This document shows positions 19,292 through 29,914 of a stretch of 64,000 nucleotides of DNA, in pieces (position 1 is the stretch's first letter; each line of letters opens with the position of its first letter). Under the pieces are notes generated by a model. That model was not told where the DNA came from, did not search any database, and saw nothing but the letters and a program-made list of their open reading frames with translations. The stretch is from Phycisphaerae bacterium (GTDB lineage Bacteria; Planctomycetota; Phycisphaerae; SM23-33), in assembly GCA_018335035.1 (NCBI GenBank), contig JAGXKT010000010.1, positions 28 through 64,027 on the forward strand, in the 5' to 3' direction. A program made the translations under genes and the position numbers.

Positions 19292-19483
19292 ATGAATTAT
19301 AGGCCATGCGAACGACCCGGTCAAGCCCGTTGCCCTCCGCAGATCGGCCGGCGTGACGACGGCGTCCCGTCGCGCCAGCGGGCTTGCCATTGATCCGAAG
19401 CGGCCTTGGCGGTACCGTGCCTCGCCGGCAGCGTCTGGCCGATTCGGGCCGAGCGCACGAGCGACGATGGAAAGGACCCCTTC

Positions 19484-21454
19484 ATGGAGCGGCTGACACA
19501 AGACGGCAACCGCCTGCTTTGGCGTCGCCAAGGCAACACCGTGTGTATCGAACCGTGGGGGCCGGACGTGCTGCGCGTCCGCGCGACGGTCAATCCCGAC
19601 CTGCGCGACGACCGCTACGCCCTGCTGGACGCCGCCGACACGACGCCGGAGATCGCGATCACCGACCAGGAAGGCATCATCCGCAACGGACGGATCGCCG
19701 CGCGCCTCGGCGCCGAACGCGGCGTCCTGCGGTTCGTTCGCAGCGACGACGGCGAGGAGCTGCTCGGCGAGATGTGGCGCGACCCCTTCCGCCCCCACCG
19801 GCAATGGCGCTGCGTCGGCGGCGACAGCTACCGTGCCGAGGTCTGCTTTGCCGGACACGCGGACGAACGCCTCTACGGGCTCGGGCAGAACACCAACGGC
19901 CGGCTCGACCAGAAGGGCTGCGTCGTCGACCTCTGCCAGCGCAACACGGAAGTCAGCATTCCGCTGCTGATCTCCGACCGGATGTACGGGCTGCTGTGGC
20001 ATTGCCCGTCGCAGGGGCGGGTGGAGCTGTCGCCGGACCGCACGCGCTGGATCGCTGAGCAGACACATCAGATCGACTACTGCGTGATCGGCGGGCGCAG
20101 CTATGCGGACATCCTGGCCCGCTACGCGGACCTGACCGGTCACGCGCCGATGCTGCCCGACTGGGCGACCGGGTTCTGGCAGTGCAAACTGCGCTACACG
20201 TCGCAGGAGGAACTGCTGAACGTCGCGCGGGAGCACGTCAAGACGCGCGGGCTGCCGATGTCCGTCATCGTCAGTGACTTCTACCACTGGACCAAGCAGG
20301 GCGAGTGGACGTTCGATCCGGTCCACTGGCCCGACCCGGACGCCATGGTCCGCGAGCTGGACGAGATGGGCGTCCGCCTGATGGTCTCCGTCTGGCCGAC
20401 AGTCAACCGCAACGCCGAAACCTATGAGGAAATGCGCGACCGTGGGTTGCTGTTGGGAACCCATGCCGGCGTGCCGCCGCAGAAGGAGATGCTCGACGAC
20501 GGCGCCGCCGGTCAGGCCTACGTGCAGTTTTACGACCCGTCGAACCCGGCCGCACGCGACTACATCTGGCAGCGTGTCCGCGACGGCTACTACCGCCACG
20601 GCATCAAGATCTACTGGCTGGACGCCGACGAGCCGCCCATCGCCGAAGGGCACTTCGACAACCTGCGCTACCACGCCGGTCACGGAACGGCCGTGTCCAA
20701 TCTTTACGCCTTGTGGCACCAGCAGGCGTTCTACGACGGGCTCAAGTCGGAGGGCGAAACCGAGATCATCACCCTCTCGCGCAGCGCCTGGGCAGGCAGC
20801 CAGCGCTACGGCGCCGCGCTGTGGTCCGGCGATATCGTCAGTTCCTGGCGCGACCTGCGCGAGCAGGTCCACGCTGGGCTCAACGTCGCCCTCAGCGGCA
20901 TCCCCTGGTGGACCACGGACATCGGCGGCTTCTTCCACGGCGACCCGGACGCCGAGTGGTTCCGCGAGTTGGTCGTCCGCTGGTTCCAGTACGGAACGTT
21001 CTGCCCGCTGTTCCGGCTGCACGGTGATCGCGTCTCGCACGAGCCGGACAAATGCGGCGACAACGAGGTCTGGTCCTACGGCGATCGCGCGTACGAGATC
21101 ATGAAGGGCCTTCTGCTGCTGCGCGAGCGGCTCCGCCCGTACATCATGGATCAGATGCGCCTGGCGAGCGAGACCGGCACGCCGCCGATGCGCCCGGTGT
21201 TCTTCGACTTCCCCGACGATGCCGGCGCCTACGAGGCGCAGTATGAATTCCTGTTCGGCCCGGACCTGCTGGTCGCGCCGGTCGTGCATGAAGGCGCCGA
21301 CGCGCGCGAGGTGTACCTGCCGGCCGGGGCAACCTGGACCGACGCTTGGACGGACGAGGCGCTGCCGGGCGGGCAGACCGTCCAGGCCGAGGCGCCGCTG
21401 GAGCGGATCCCGCTGTACCTGCGTGACGGCGCCGCGTTGCCGATCCGGGCCTGA
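19484..21454 (+). CDS. Glycoside hydrolase family 31 (alpha-glucosidase/alpha-xylosidase-like), cytoplasmic
   Basis: Start at MERLTQDG, with GAAAGGA 12 nt upstream. KIYWLDADEP and GGFFHGDPDAEWFRELVVRWFQYGTFCPLFRLHGD are GH31 blocks. Confidence 0.85.
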   Translation: MERLTQDGNRLLWRRQGNTVCIEPWGPDVLRVRATVNPDLRDDRYALLDAADTTPEIAITDQEGIIRNGRIAARLGAERGVLRFVRSDDGEELLGEMWRDPFRPHRQWRCVGGDSYRAEVCFAGHADERLYGLGQNTNGRLDQKGCVVDLCQRNTEVSIPLLISDRMYGLLWHCPSQGRVELSPDRTRWIAEQTHQIDYCVIGGRSYADILARYADLTGHAPMLPDWATGFWQCKLRYTSQEELLNVAREHVKTRGLPMSVIVSDFYHWTKQGEWTFDPVHWPDPDAMVRELDEMGVRLMVSVWPTVNRNAETYEEMRDRGLLLGTHAGVPPQKEMLDDGAAGQAYVQFYDPSNPAARDYIWQRVRDGYYRHGIKIYWLDADEPPIAEGHFDNLRYHAGHGTAVSNLYALWHQQAFYDGLKSEGETEIITLSRSAWAGSQRYGAALWSGDIVSSWRDLREQVHAGLNVALSGIPWWTTDIGGFFHGDPDAEWFRELVVRWFQYGTFCPLFRLHGDRVSHEPDKCGDNEVWSYGDRAYEIMKGLLLLRERLRPYIMDQMRLASETGTPPMRPVFFDFPDDAGAYEAQYEFLFGPDLLVAPVVHEGADAREVYLPAGATWTDAWTDEALPGGQTVQAEAPLERIPLYLRDGAALPIRA

Positions 21455-21645
21455 GCGACGCAGCGCCGACGCAAAACAGTGGCCCGCAACGAGGCGGGGG
21501 AGACCACGCTACGGGCCGACTCAACAGGTCGGGGGAAACCTGTCGAGCGCTCCAATTATAGCGCCCACAGCAAGTTGATGCCAGAAATAGGTGATAATCC
21601 TAAAAGGCCGAATTCCGGGCCACATATCCCCCTAAAGCGGCGTCT

Positions 21646-22635
21646 CTACCGGCGTCCGGTCCAGAGGTACAGAAAGCGTGGCCGGGCCAGATCGAGCACG
21701 CCCGGGACGTTGATGTTGACCAGGTTGAATTGCCCCGATGCCGCGGTCGCGGCATAGGCGTTCGGCTTGGCGCCCCACGGACGGTGATACATCACGACGC
21801 GGGCCCGCTCGATGCCCGCCAGCCGCTTGGCCGCGTCGATCGCCCCGTTCATATCGGTCGTGGCATCCACGAGCCCGTTCGCGGCCGCTTGCTCGCCCGT
21901 GTAGACACGCCCGTCGGCGAGCGTCTTGACCTGCTCGCCCGACAGGTCGGACCGCCCGCGCGTGACCACGCCACAGAACCGCTCGTAGAATTCGTCGACC
22001 ATCGTCTGAAGCACGGCGCGGTCGTCGTCCCCCAACGGCTTGAGCGGGCTGGCCATGTCCTTGTAGGGTCCGCTGGTGACGGCCTCGGCGTCGATGCCGA
22101 GTTTGTCCATGGTGCCGGCGAAGCTGACGGTCTGGACCACAACGCCGATCGAGCCGGTCACGCTGGTCGGGTGGGCGAGGATCGTATCGGCCCCGCAGGC
22201 GAGGTAGTAGCCCCCGCTGGCGCCGACGTCCTCGATGATCGCCACGACCGGCACGCGGCGCTGCTCGCGAAACCGCATCAGGCGACGGTACATGATGTCG
22301 CTGGCCGTGACGCCCCCGCCGGGCGAGTTGATCCGCAGGACGACGGCGTGGACGGAAGCATCCGCCGCCGCTTTGTCGAGCTTCTCGATGAAGACGCTCA
22401 CCGGGTTCTCGCCCATGCTCAGCAAGCCGCGGTCGCGACGGTTGATCAGCAACCCGTCGACGTCGATCACGGCGATCTTGTCCGTGACGAACAGTCCGGG
22501 GTCGCGATCGATGGTCGTCTCGACGAGGTCCTCTTCCAGCGGGACGGGCTTGACGACCCAGCCGACGTTGTCGCCGCAGCCGGCGGCGAGAAGCGGCGCC
22601 GCGACCAGCCACACGATGGACATGCGAGTCTTCAT
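21646..22635 (-). CDS. sppA: Signal peptide peptidase SppA (36K type, protease IV family), probable lipoprotein
   Basis: [21 protein letters not shown] leader. SppA blocks [15 protein letters not shown] and [28 protein letters not shown]. Confidence 0.8.
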   Translation of the reverse strand: MKTRMSIVWLVAAPLLAAGCGDNVGWVVKPVPLEEDLVETTIDRDPGLFVTDKIAVIDVDGLLINRRDRGLLSMGENPVSVFIEKLDKAAADASVHAVVLRINSPGGGVTASDIMYRRLMRFREQRRVPVVAIIEDVGASGGYYLACGADTILAHPTSVTGSIGVVVQTVSFAGTMDKLGIDAEAVTSGPYKDMASPLKPLGDDDRAVLQTMVDEFYERFCGVVTRGRSDLSGEQVKTLADGRVYTGEQAAANGLVDATTDMNGAIDAAKRLAGIERARVVMYHRPWGAKPNAYAATAASGQFNLVNINVPGVLDLARPRFLYLWTGRR

Positions 22636-22718
22636 GCCGACGATTCTACGCCGCCGCATCCGCCACGGCAAGCGGCGTGGCGCTTGCCGCCGCGCGGGGT
22701 TTGGGCTACTGTGCGGGC

Positions 22719-23234
22719 ATGGCGCGTATTGGGAGTGGATACGACTCGCACCGCTTCGCGACGGATGGCGCCGGGCGCCCGCTGATCCTCGGCGGCGTGC
22801 GGCTCGCCGACGACGGCGGCCTGGCCGGCCACAGCGACGGCGACACCGTCCTGCACGCCGTCACGGACGCGATCCTCGGCGCACTGGCGGCCGGGGATAT
22901 CGGCGAACACTTTCCCGATGACGACCCGCGGTGGTCCGGCGCCGACAGCAGTGCCTTCGTCCGCCATGCCGTCGAGTTGGCCGGCAACCGCGGGCTGGCC
23001 GTGGGCAATTGCGATGTGACCGTCCTGGCCGAGCGACCGAAGCTGGGCGACCACAAGCCGGCCATGGCCCGCCGCATCGCCGAGCTGCTGGGCGTCGCGG
23101 CCGACCGCGTGTCCGTCAAAGCCAAGACCAATGAGCAAATGGGCTTCGTCGGCCGGGGCGAGGGCATCGCCGCCTTCGCGGCCGTGATGCTCGACGAACC
23201 CTCACGGGGAGAAAACAATGACACCTTTGCGTAA
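22719..23234 (+). CDS. ispF: 2-C-methyl-D-erythritol 2,4-cyclodiphosphate synthase
   Basis: [13 protein letters not shown]...[19 protein letters not shown] are IspF motifs. Confidence 0.85.
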   Translation: MARIGSGYDSHRFATDGAGRPLILGGVRLADDGGLAGHSDGDTVLHAVTDAILGALAAGDIGEHFPDDDPRWSGADSSAFVRHAVELAGNRGLAVGNCDVTVLAERPKLGDHKPAMARRIAELLGVAADRVSVKAKTNEQMGFVGRGEGIAAFAAVMLDEPSRGENNDTFA

Positions 23235-23598
23235 GCTGGTCGGGCTGGCTATCGTCCTCGGCGCCGTCGCCTGGATGATCCAAGCGGGCGGGGCGTTGGA
23301 TGTCTTCCTCAACCTTCCCTCCCTAGTGGGCTTGCTGCTGCTGGTTGTCGGCGGGACGCTTTGTGCCTTTCGGGTGGCGACGGTGGGGCGAGCGCTGTCT
23401 GCGAGCTTCTCCCGTCGCGCACCAACTCGCCTGGGCCGGTGGGTTGTTGATGATGGTCATTGGATTGATAGATATGCTGGTCACCCTGCGTGGCTTTGTG
23501 GTCGCGGCAAGCCTGTTGCTCGCGGCCGTGCTGGCCATGAGCGTTTTGGCCTTTTCCGGGCCGCGGATGTCATCCGAATGAAACGCGGACTATTCTGA
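23218..23598 (+). pseudogene. MotA/TolQ/ExbB-like stator-protein remnant (N-terminal ~75 aa in frame 1; two further TM segments only in frame 3). Either an internally deleted/frameshifted relic or a small 2-TM protein
   Basis: Frame 1: [69 protein letters not shown] parallels the E. coli MotA N-terminus through KALPLLFRRS. The frame-3 overlap (23345..23581) encodes AWAGGLLMMVIGLIDMLVTL and VVAASLLLAAVLAMSVLAF. The frame-1 tail is R/G-rich nonsense. Confidence 0.3.
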
Positions 23599-23602
23599 AA
23601 CG

Positions 23603-25213
<1,611 letters not shown>

Positions 25214-25308
25214 CATGGTGTGGCCTCACCCCTGGCGGGGTTCGCCGCTCGCGCAATCCCCCTTCCCCGCGGCCGGGGCACCGCGCAAAATCCACGGACG
25301 GCGTTGTT

Positions 25309-25842
25309 TCACGCATCGGGGAGTTGTTCGGGCTTGCGGCGGCGTCGGCGATGGCGTCGGTAGGCGACGACGGACCAGCGGATCAGGAAGTACGTCGGCA
25401 CGGCGAAGGCCACCCCGACCACCACGCCGCCGAGCATCAGGGGGACGACGACGTTCCGCGTGGCCTCCAGCCAGGCGGTGGCTTTATTCCACCAGCCGCC
25501 GGTGGCGTTCAGCGCCTCCAGGAAGCCCGGATCGGACCAGTTGCGCCCGATCAGCGTGCAGCCGACCCAATAGTCGGCCAGGTACATCGGCGCCATCGTC
25601 GCGGGGTTGGAGACCCACACCCACGGCATCCCGACGGCCTTGTTCGCCCGCAGGCAGGCCGCGAGGATGAACGTTGTGATCATCTGGATGCCGACAATGG
25701 GCATCCAGCCCGCCCACACGCCGATCGCCACGCCGAGGGCGATCCGGTGCGGCGTGTCGTCCACGTGCAGCACGCGGTAGAGGAAGAACGTTTTGGCCTT
25801 GCGGGCTATGTACCGATGCGGCATCGCAACGTCCTCGTCCAA
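25309..25842 (-). CDS. DUF2062-family small membrane protein
   Basis: PHRIALGVAIGVWAGWMPIVGIQ...SNPATMAPMYLADYWVG pattern. The start may be the internal MPHRYIA at 25824. Confidence 0.6.
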   Translation of the reverse strand: MDEDVAMPHRYIARKAKTFFLYRVLHVDDTPHRIALGVAIGVWAGWMPIVGIQMITTFILAACLRANKAVGMPWVWVSNPATMAPMYLADYWVGCTLIGRNWSDPGFLEALNATGGWWNKATAWLEATRNVVVPLMLGGVVVGVAFAVPTYFLIRWSVVAYRRHRRRRRKPEQLPDA

Positions 25843-25934
25843 GCATCAGACGGCGCCAGAGAACCCCGGCCCCGCCAAGCGGTCAGATTGGTCATCCGTC
25901 GATCGGCCAATCGGCCCTGGCGGCGCCGAGGCGC

Positions 25935-26975
25935 CTACGCGGAGGCCAGCATATCGCGCCCCGCGGCGATCACGTCGCGCGGGTCGATCAGTTCCATGCA
26001 CGTCCCGTGCCCGCAGCGGCGTTTGCGGCAGCCGCGGCAGGGCACATCGGCGACGATCGCCCGCCCCGAGCCGACCGGGCCGGTCTCGTCGACGCGCGTC
26101 GGACCAATCAGCACGACGGCGTCGGTCCCGACGGCCGGGGCGACGAACTTCGCGGCCGAGTCGCTGCACAGCACGCCGGCGGCCGCGGCGATCAGCGCGA
26201 CCATCTGCGGGATGCTCGTCTGCCCGGCCGCGTTGATCACGCCGGAAAGCCCGTCGGCGATCGCGCCGCAGAGGCGCTCGTCGCCGGGCGCCCCGAGCAA
26301 CACGAGCGGGGCGTTGTCGGTCAGCCCGGCCGCCACTGTGCGCCAGTGACGCACGGGATAGCGCTTGGATGGCCATCGCGTCGGCGGCACGGCCACCAGG
26401 AAGGCCTGATCGGCCAGCCCGCGCTCGCGGGCGAATCGTTCGGAAAATTCGGCCGCCGCATCGGGCACGTGCAGCGTCATGTCATCGCGGGAGGCCTCCA
26501 CGCCCAGCGCCGCGGCGAGGGCGATGTTGCGGTCCACGGTGTGCGGGGCCTCGGGACCGACCCGGTGCGTGTAGAACAGCCGCGCCCCTTCCCGGGCGTC
26601 GGCGAAACCCGCGCGGACGCCCGCGCGCGAGCGCCGGGCGAAGTAGCCGCTACGGAATAACCCCTGCAGGTCGAGGGCCCAGTCGAACTTGCCGGCACGG
26701 AGCGTGCGGATCAGCCGGCGCAGATCGCGTGCGGCGCTGAGCGACCGCCAGCAGCGTCCCAGGCGCTTGCGATGGAACAGGATGACCTCGTCCAGATCCG
26801 GGTCGCCGTCCAGAAGCGGCGCGAAGACGTCGCCGAGCAGCCAGGCGAGGTGCGCGTCGGGAAACGCCCGCCGCAGGCCGCGAAGAACCGGCAGCGCCGT
26901 GACGACGTCGCCCAACGAGCTGGGCTTGATAATCAGGACGCGCCCGGGGGGGACCGTTGGCGCCGAGGCCTTCAC
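25935..26975 (-). CDS. Glycosyltransferase family 9 (ADP-heptose:LPS heptosyltransferase-like)
   Basis: RVLIIKPSSLGDVVTALPV is the heptosyltransferase N-terminal block. Start re-set to GTG 26975, with a perfect GAGGAG 9 nt upstream and a GTGA overlap with the upstream kinase stop. The track start 27158 would give a 50-aa non-homologous leader and a 187-nt overlap. Confidence 0.7.
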   Translation of the reverse strand: MKASAPTVPPGRVLIIKPSSLGDVVTALPVLRGLRRAFPDAHLAWLLGDVFAPLLDGDPDLDEVILFHRKRLGRCWRSLSAARDLRRLIRTLRAGKFDWALDLQGLFRSGYFARRSRAGVRAGFADAREGARLFYTHRVGPEAPHTVDRNIALAAALGVEASRDDMTLHVPDAAAEFSERFARERGLADQAFLVAVPPTRWPSKRYPVRHWRTVAAGLTDNAPLVLLGAPGDERLCGAIADGLSGVINAAGQTSIPQMVALIAAAAGVLCSDSAAKFVAPAVGTDAVVLIGPTRVDETGPVGSGRAIVADVPCRGCRKRRCGHGTCMELIDPRDVIAAGRDMLASA

Positions 26976-28714
26976 GACGTGGGCCTCCTCAAAGCCCGCT
27001 GCCGCCGACGGCGCGAGCGAATCTGGCGGTTGAGCTTTCGTGCCGACCAGACCTCCAGCACGCGCCAGTAGGGTTTGAAGTTGATCCATCCGCAGCCCGG
27101 GCGGCGCAGGTAGCCCAGCAGCATCCGCAGTCGCCCGGCGTGGGTGACCACCGGGCACTTCAGCAGCGAGACGTTGAGGCGCATCAACCCCTGGAACCGC
27201 CGACGGACCGTCAACACGTGCGTCTGGCGCAGCCCGTCGAGGTCGACCAGGACGATCTGCGGCAGTTCACCCGCGCGCCAGTGAACGAGCATGTTCGGCG
27301 CCTTGAGATCGCGATGGGCGAAGCCGTGGTCGTGCAAGCCCTGCACGAGCCGCCCGAGCTGCCAGAGCACGGCCTGGGCGAGCTGGCGGCGCTGGCTGTG
27401 ATCGAGCTTGGCATCAGCCGCCCGCCCAAGATGCAACTCCAGAAAGCGGCTCAGTCGCGGCGCCTCGACGGCCTCGGTCAGGTAGATGGTATCCAGCAGG
27501 AACGGGCCCCGGCGGCGTTCCAGACCGGCCAGCGGGAAGGCCGTGGCGATGCGGCGCGTCAGCAGCATGTGCCCCAGGCGAAACGCCCGCACACCGCGTC
27601 CGCGACGGAAGCAGTCCAACAGCACCTTCCACGCCCGCTTGCGGTGCGAGCGCTTGACGTACACGTCCAGCTCACGCCCGCCGATGGTCAGCTTGCGGCG
27701 AACGACGCGGCTGGTGGCGCTATCCTTGACGACCTCGACGTCGCCGTCCATCAGCGCTTCCGGGTGCGCCAGCGCGTCGCGCCATGCATCGGGCGAAAAC
27801 TGCATATGCGCCGCGGCCGACTCGGCCGGCTTGCGCTTGGAGGCGAGCACGACGTGCCCGCGCCAGCCCCGCGGCAGCCGAACCCGCGCGAAATATCGGT
27901 TCGTCCGCGCGATCCGCCGGTCGCGGTGGGCGTACTGCCGGGCGGTGTGGCGCCGGGCGAGTTCCTCGATCAACATCTGCCAGCCACGGAGTTGGCCGGT
28001 CAGACCGGCCGCTCGCAGGTACGCGCGCAGGAAGCGCAGGCGATCGGTCCGTGTGGTGAAATCACGTCGGTCGTGGAGGAGCTGGGCGAGGTTGCTTGCC
28101 CGGGCGCGTCGGCCCCGGCTACGCCGAGTGCGGTGCAGGTCCATCACCACGAAGCTGACCTCACCGGCGTCGGATCGGCGGACCAGGAGATTGCCACAGT
28201 GCAGATCGCGATGCACAACGCCCAGGGCGTGCATGCGGGCGAGGGTCTCGGCGAGCGTGCGAATGGCCGAGCGTATCGGCCGGATGCCCGCGTCGCCCTT
28301 GGCGCGCACGCGGGCATGCCAGGCATCGGCGGGCTCGGCGTTGGTGACGGCCTCGCTGGCGACCCATTCGGTGTTGCCGGCCCGGCCGACGGCCAGAATG
28401 CGCGGCGCCGGCACGCCGCCCTGGCGCAACCGCCGCGCCAGACGCAACTCGCGCCGCGCGTCGGAAACGCCCAGACGCCGGCGCAGCCGACCCCACGCGG
28501 ACCGCGGGTGGAAGTGCTTGACGTACAGAAGCTGTCCATCGATCGCACCGCGCCACACGGTGCGCGAGGCGTTGTGCTTGACGCGCTCGAATGCGTCGTC
28601 CGGCCAGGCCAGACGCTCCACGGCACCGGCAAGTTGCCGCTCGGCGTCGGCGTCGGCGAACTCCACGCCGTCGGGCCGGCGCGGCGAGATGTCGGCGGGG
28701 TTGGTCGAGGTCAT
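26972..28714 (-). CDS. Tandem lipopolysaccharide kinase (Kdo/WaaP family) domains, 580 aa
   Basis: Two kinase cores: LLYVKHFHP...VVHRDLHCGNLLV and LDVYVKRSH...FAHRDLKAPNMLV. Confidence 0.7.
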   Translation of the reverse strand: MTSTNPADISPRRPDGVEFADADAERQLAGAVERLAWPDDAFERVKHNASRTVWRGAIDGQLLYVKHFHPRSAWGRLRRRLGVSDARRELRLARRLRQGGVPAPRILAVGRAGNTEWVASEAVTNAEPADAWHARVRAKGDAGIRPIRSAIRTLAETLARMHALGVVHRDLHCGNLLVRRSDAGEVSFVVMDLHRTRRSRGRRARASNLAQLLHDRRDFTTRTDRLRFLRAYLRAAGLTGQLRGWQMLIEELARRHTARQYAHRDRRIARTNRYFARVRLPRGWRGHVVLASKRKPAESAAAHMQFSPDAWRDALAHPEALMDGDVEVVKDSATSRVVRRKLTIGGRELDVYVKRSHRKRAWKVLLDCFRRGRGVRAFRLGHMLLTRRIATAFPLAGLERRRGPFLLDTIYLTEAVEAPRLSRFLELHLGRAADAKLDHSQRRQLAQAVLWQLGRLVQGLHDHGFAHRDLKAPNMLVHWRAGELPQIVLVDLDGLRQTHVLTVRRRFQGLMRLNVSLLKCPVVTHAGRLRMLLGYLRRPGCGWINFKPYWRVLEVWSARKLNRQIRSRRRRQRALRRPTS

Positions 28715-28762
28715 CGCGATGCCGGCGGTCCCGTCGGCGGGCGGATTATATCGCCCGAAGAA

Positions 28763-29833
28763 TCACGCGTTCAAGCCGCAGCGCACACCGGCGGCGGCCT
28801 CGTAGATCGCCTCCAGTGCGCGGCGACACCGCTCGGGAGCGTGCTCGCCCGCCACGGTCAGACCTTCAGCGACGAGGGCTTTACGACGTGCGCTGTTCTC
28901 GACAAGTTCCAGAACCGCCGAGGCGTAATCGCGCGGCATGCGGCGGCGGACCAGCAGCGCCGCCCGGCCGTCGTCGGTCAGTTCGCAGACATCGCGCGTC
29001 CGGCAGGCCGTGACGGCAACGCCGGATGCCAGCGCCCTGACCAGTGCGGCCGTGCCGTTGTCCCGCTCGGCGAAGAACGTCGCCACGTCCGCGGCCGCCA
29101 GTGCGTCGTCCAGCCCCACGCGCTCGCCGGGCAGAAACACCTCCTCGTCAAAACCCGTCGTGCCGGCGAAGAACCGGACGTGCCGGAACGCCGCCCCGCC
29201 GCCGGGCAGCAGCAGGCGCAGGCCCGGGCGAATGTGCCGGACGATCGCGTGGGCCCAGGAGGCGTACATGTGCCCGGCTGTGTGGGTCATCTCGCCCGGA
29301 GCGACCACCAGCGCTTCGTCGTCGGAGACACCAAGTTCGGCGCGGATGCGCCGGCGGCGTTCGGCGGTATCGTCCGGCACTCGCGCGGGCGCGGGCAATA
29401 CGTGGATGCGATCGTCAAAGCCCCCTGCTTCCAGCAGCGCCGCGCGGGCGGAGCGCGTCGGCACGGTCAGGTGCAGCCCGGCGAAGCCCGGAGCGTTCAA
29501 CGCGCGGCGGAGGTCGTGCCCGGTCGGCACGCACGGCAGGGACACCACGCCCGGGCGCACGGCGCCTCGGGCGGCCTCAGCCGCGGCCTCTGCCGCGCGG
29601 AGCGACCACGCGTGCACGATATCGGCCCGCCAAGCCACGGCGGTCAGCCGTCTGCCGCACAAGCTCGCCATCCCCAGCGGCACGTGTTCGCTGCGTGCGG
29701 GCAGATGCGCCGGCCACCACGCCGGCGGCGGGTCAACGGACACCATGTCATCGCCTTCGGCGACGAGCAGCTCGAGCTGCCACGCCGCGTCCCGCGAGAT
29801 CGTTCCATCGATGATGTGCAGCACACGCGTCAC
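28763..29833 (-). CDS. Glycosyltransferase family 1 (GT4-like, LPS-core type)
   Basis: Start trimmed to GTG 29833 (VTRVLHIIDG; alternative GTG at 29824). The upstream 194 codons of the track ORF are antisense to der. Start uncertain. Confidence 0.6.
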   Translation of the reverse strand: MTRVLHIIDGTISRDAAWQLELLVAEGDDMVSVDPPPAWWPAHLPARSEHVPLGMASLCGRRLTAVAWRADIVHAWSLRAAEAAAEAARGAVRPGVVSLPCVPTGHDLRRALNAPGFAGLHLTVPTRSARAALLEAGGFDDRIHVLPAPARVPDDTAERRRRIRAELGVSDDEALVVAPGEMTHTAGHMYASWAHAIVRHIRPGLRLLLPGGGAAFRHVRFFAGTTGFDEEVFLPGERVGLDDALAAADVATFFAERDNGTAALVRALASGVAVTACRTRDVCELTDDGRAALLVRRRMPRDYASAVLELVENSARRKALVAEGLTVAGEHAPERCRRALEAIYEAAAGVRCGLNA

Positions 29834-29914
29834 GGCGCGAATGATACGCCCCCGCCCGCGCGGGCACAACCGCCGGGTATTCCCTCGGAGGCCCCAGGAC
29901 AGTAGGATGCACCC

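Noticed and set aside
18485-21289. 934-aa minus-strand ORF
   Set aside because: Only the 3' 777 bp encodes the IclR regulator. The upstream 2 kb is antisense to the well-supported GH31 gene and is R/A/P-rich.
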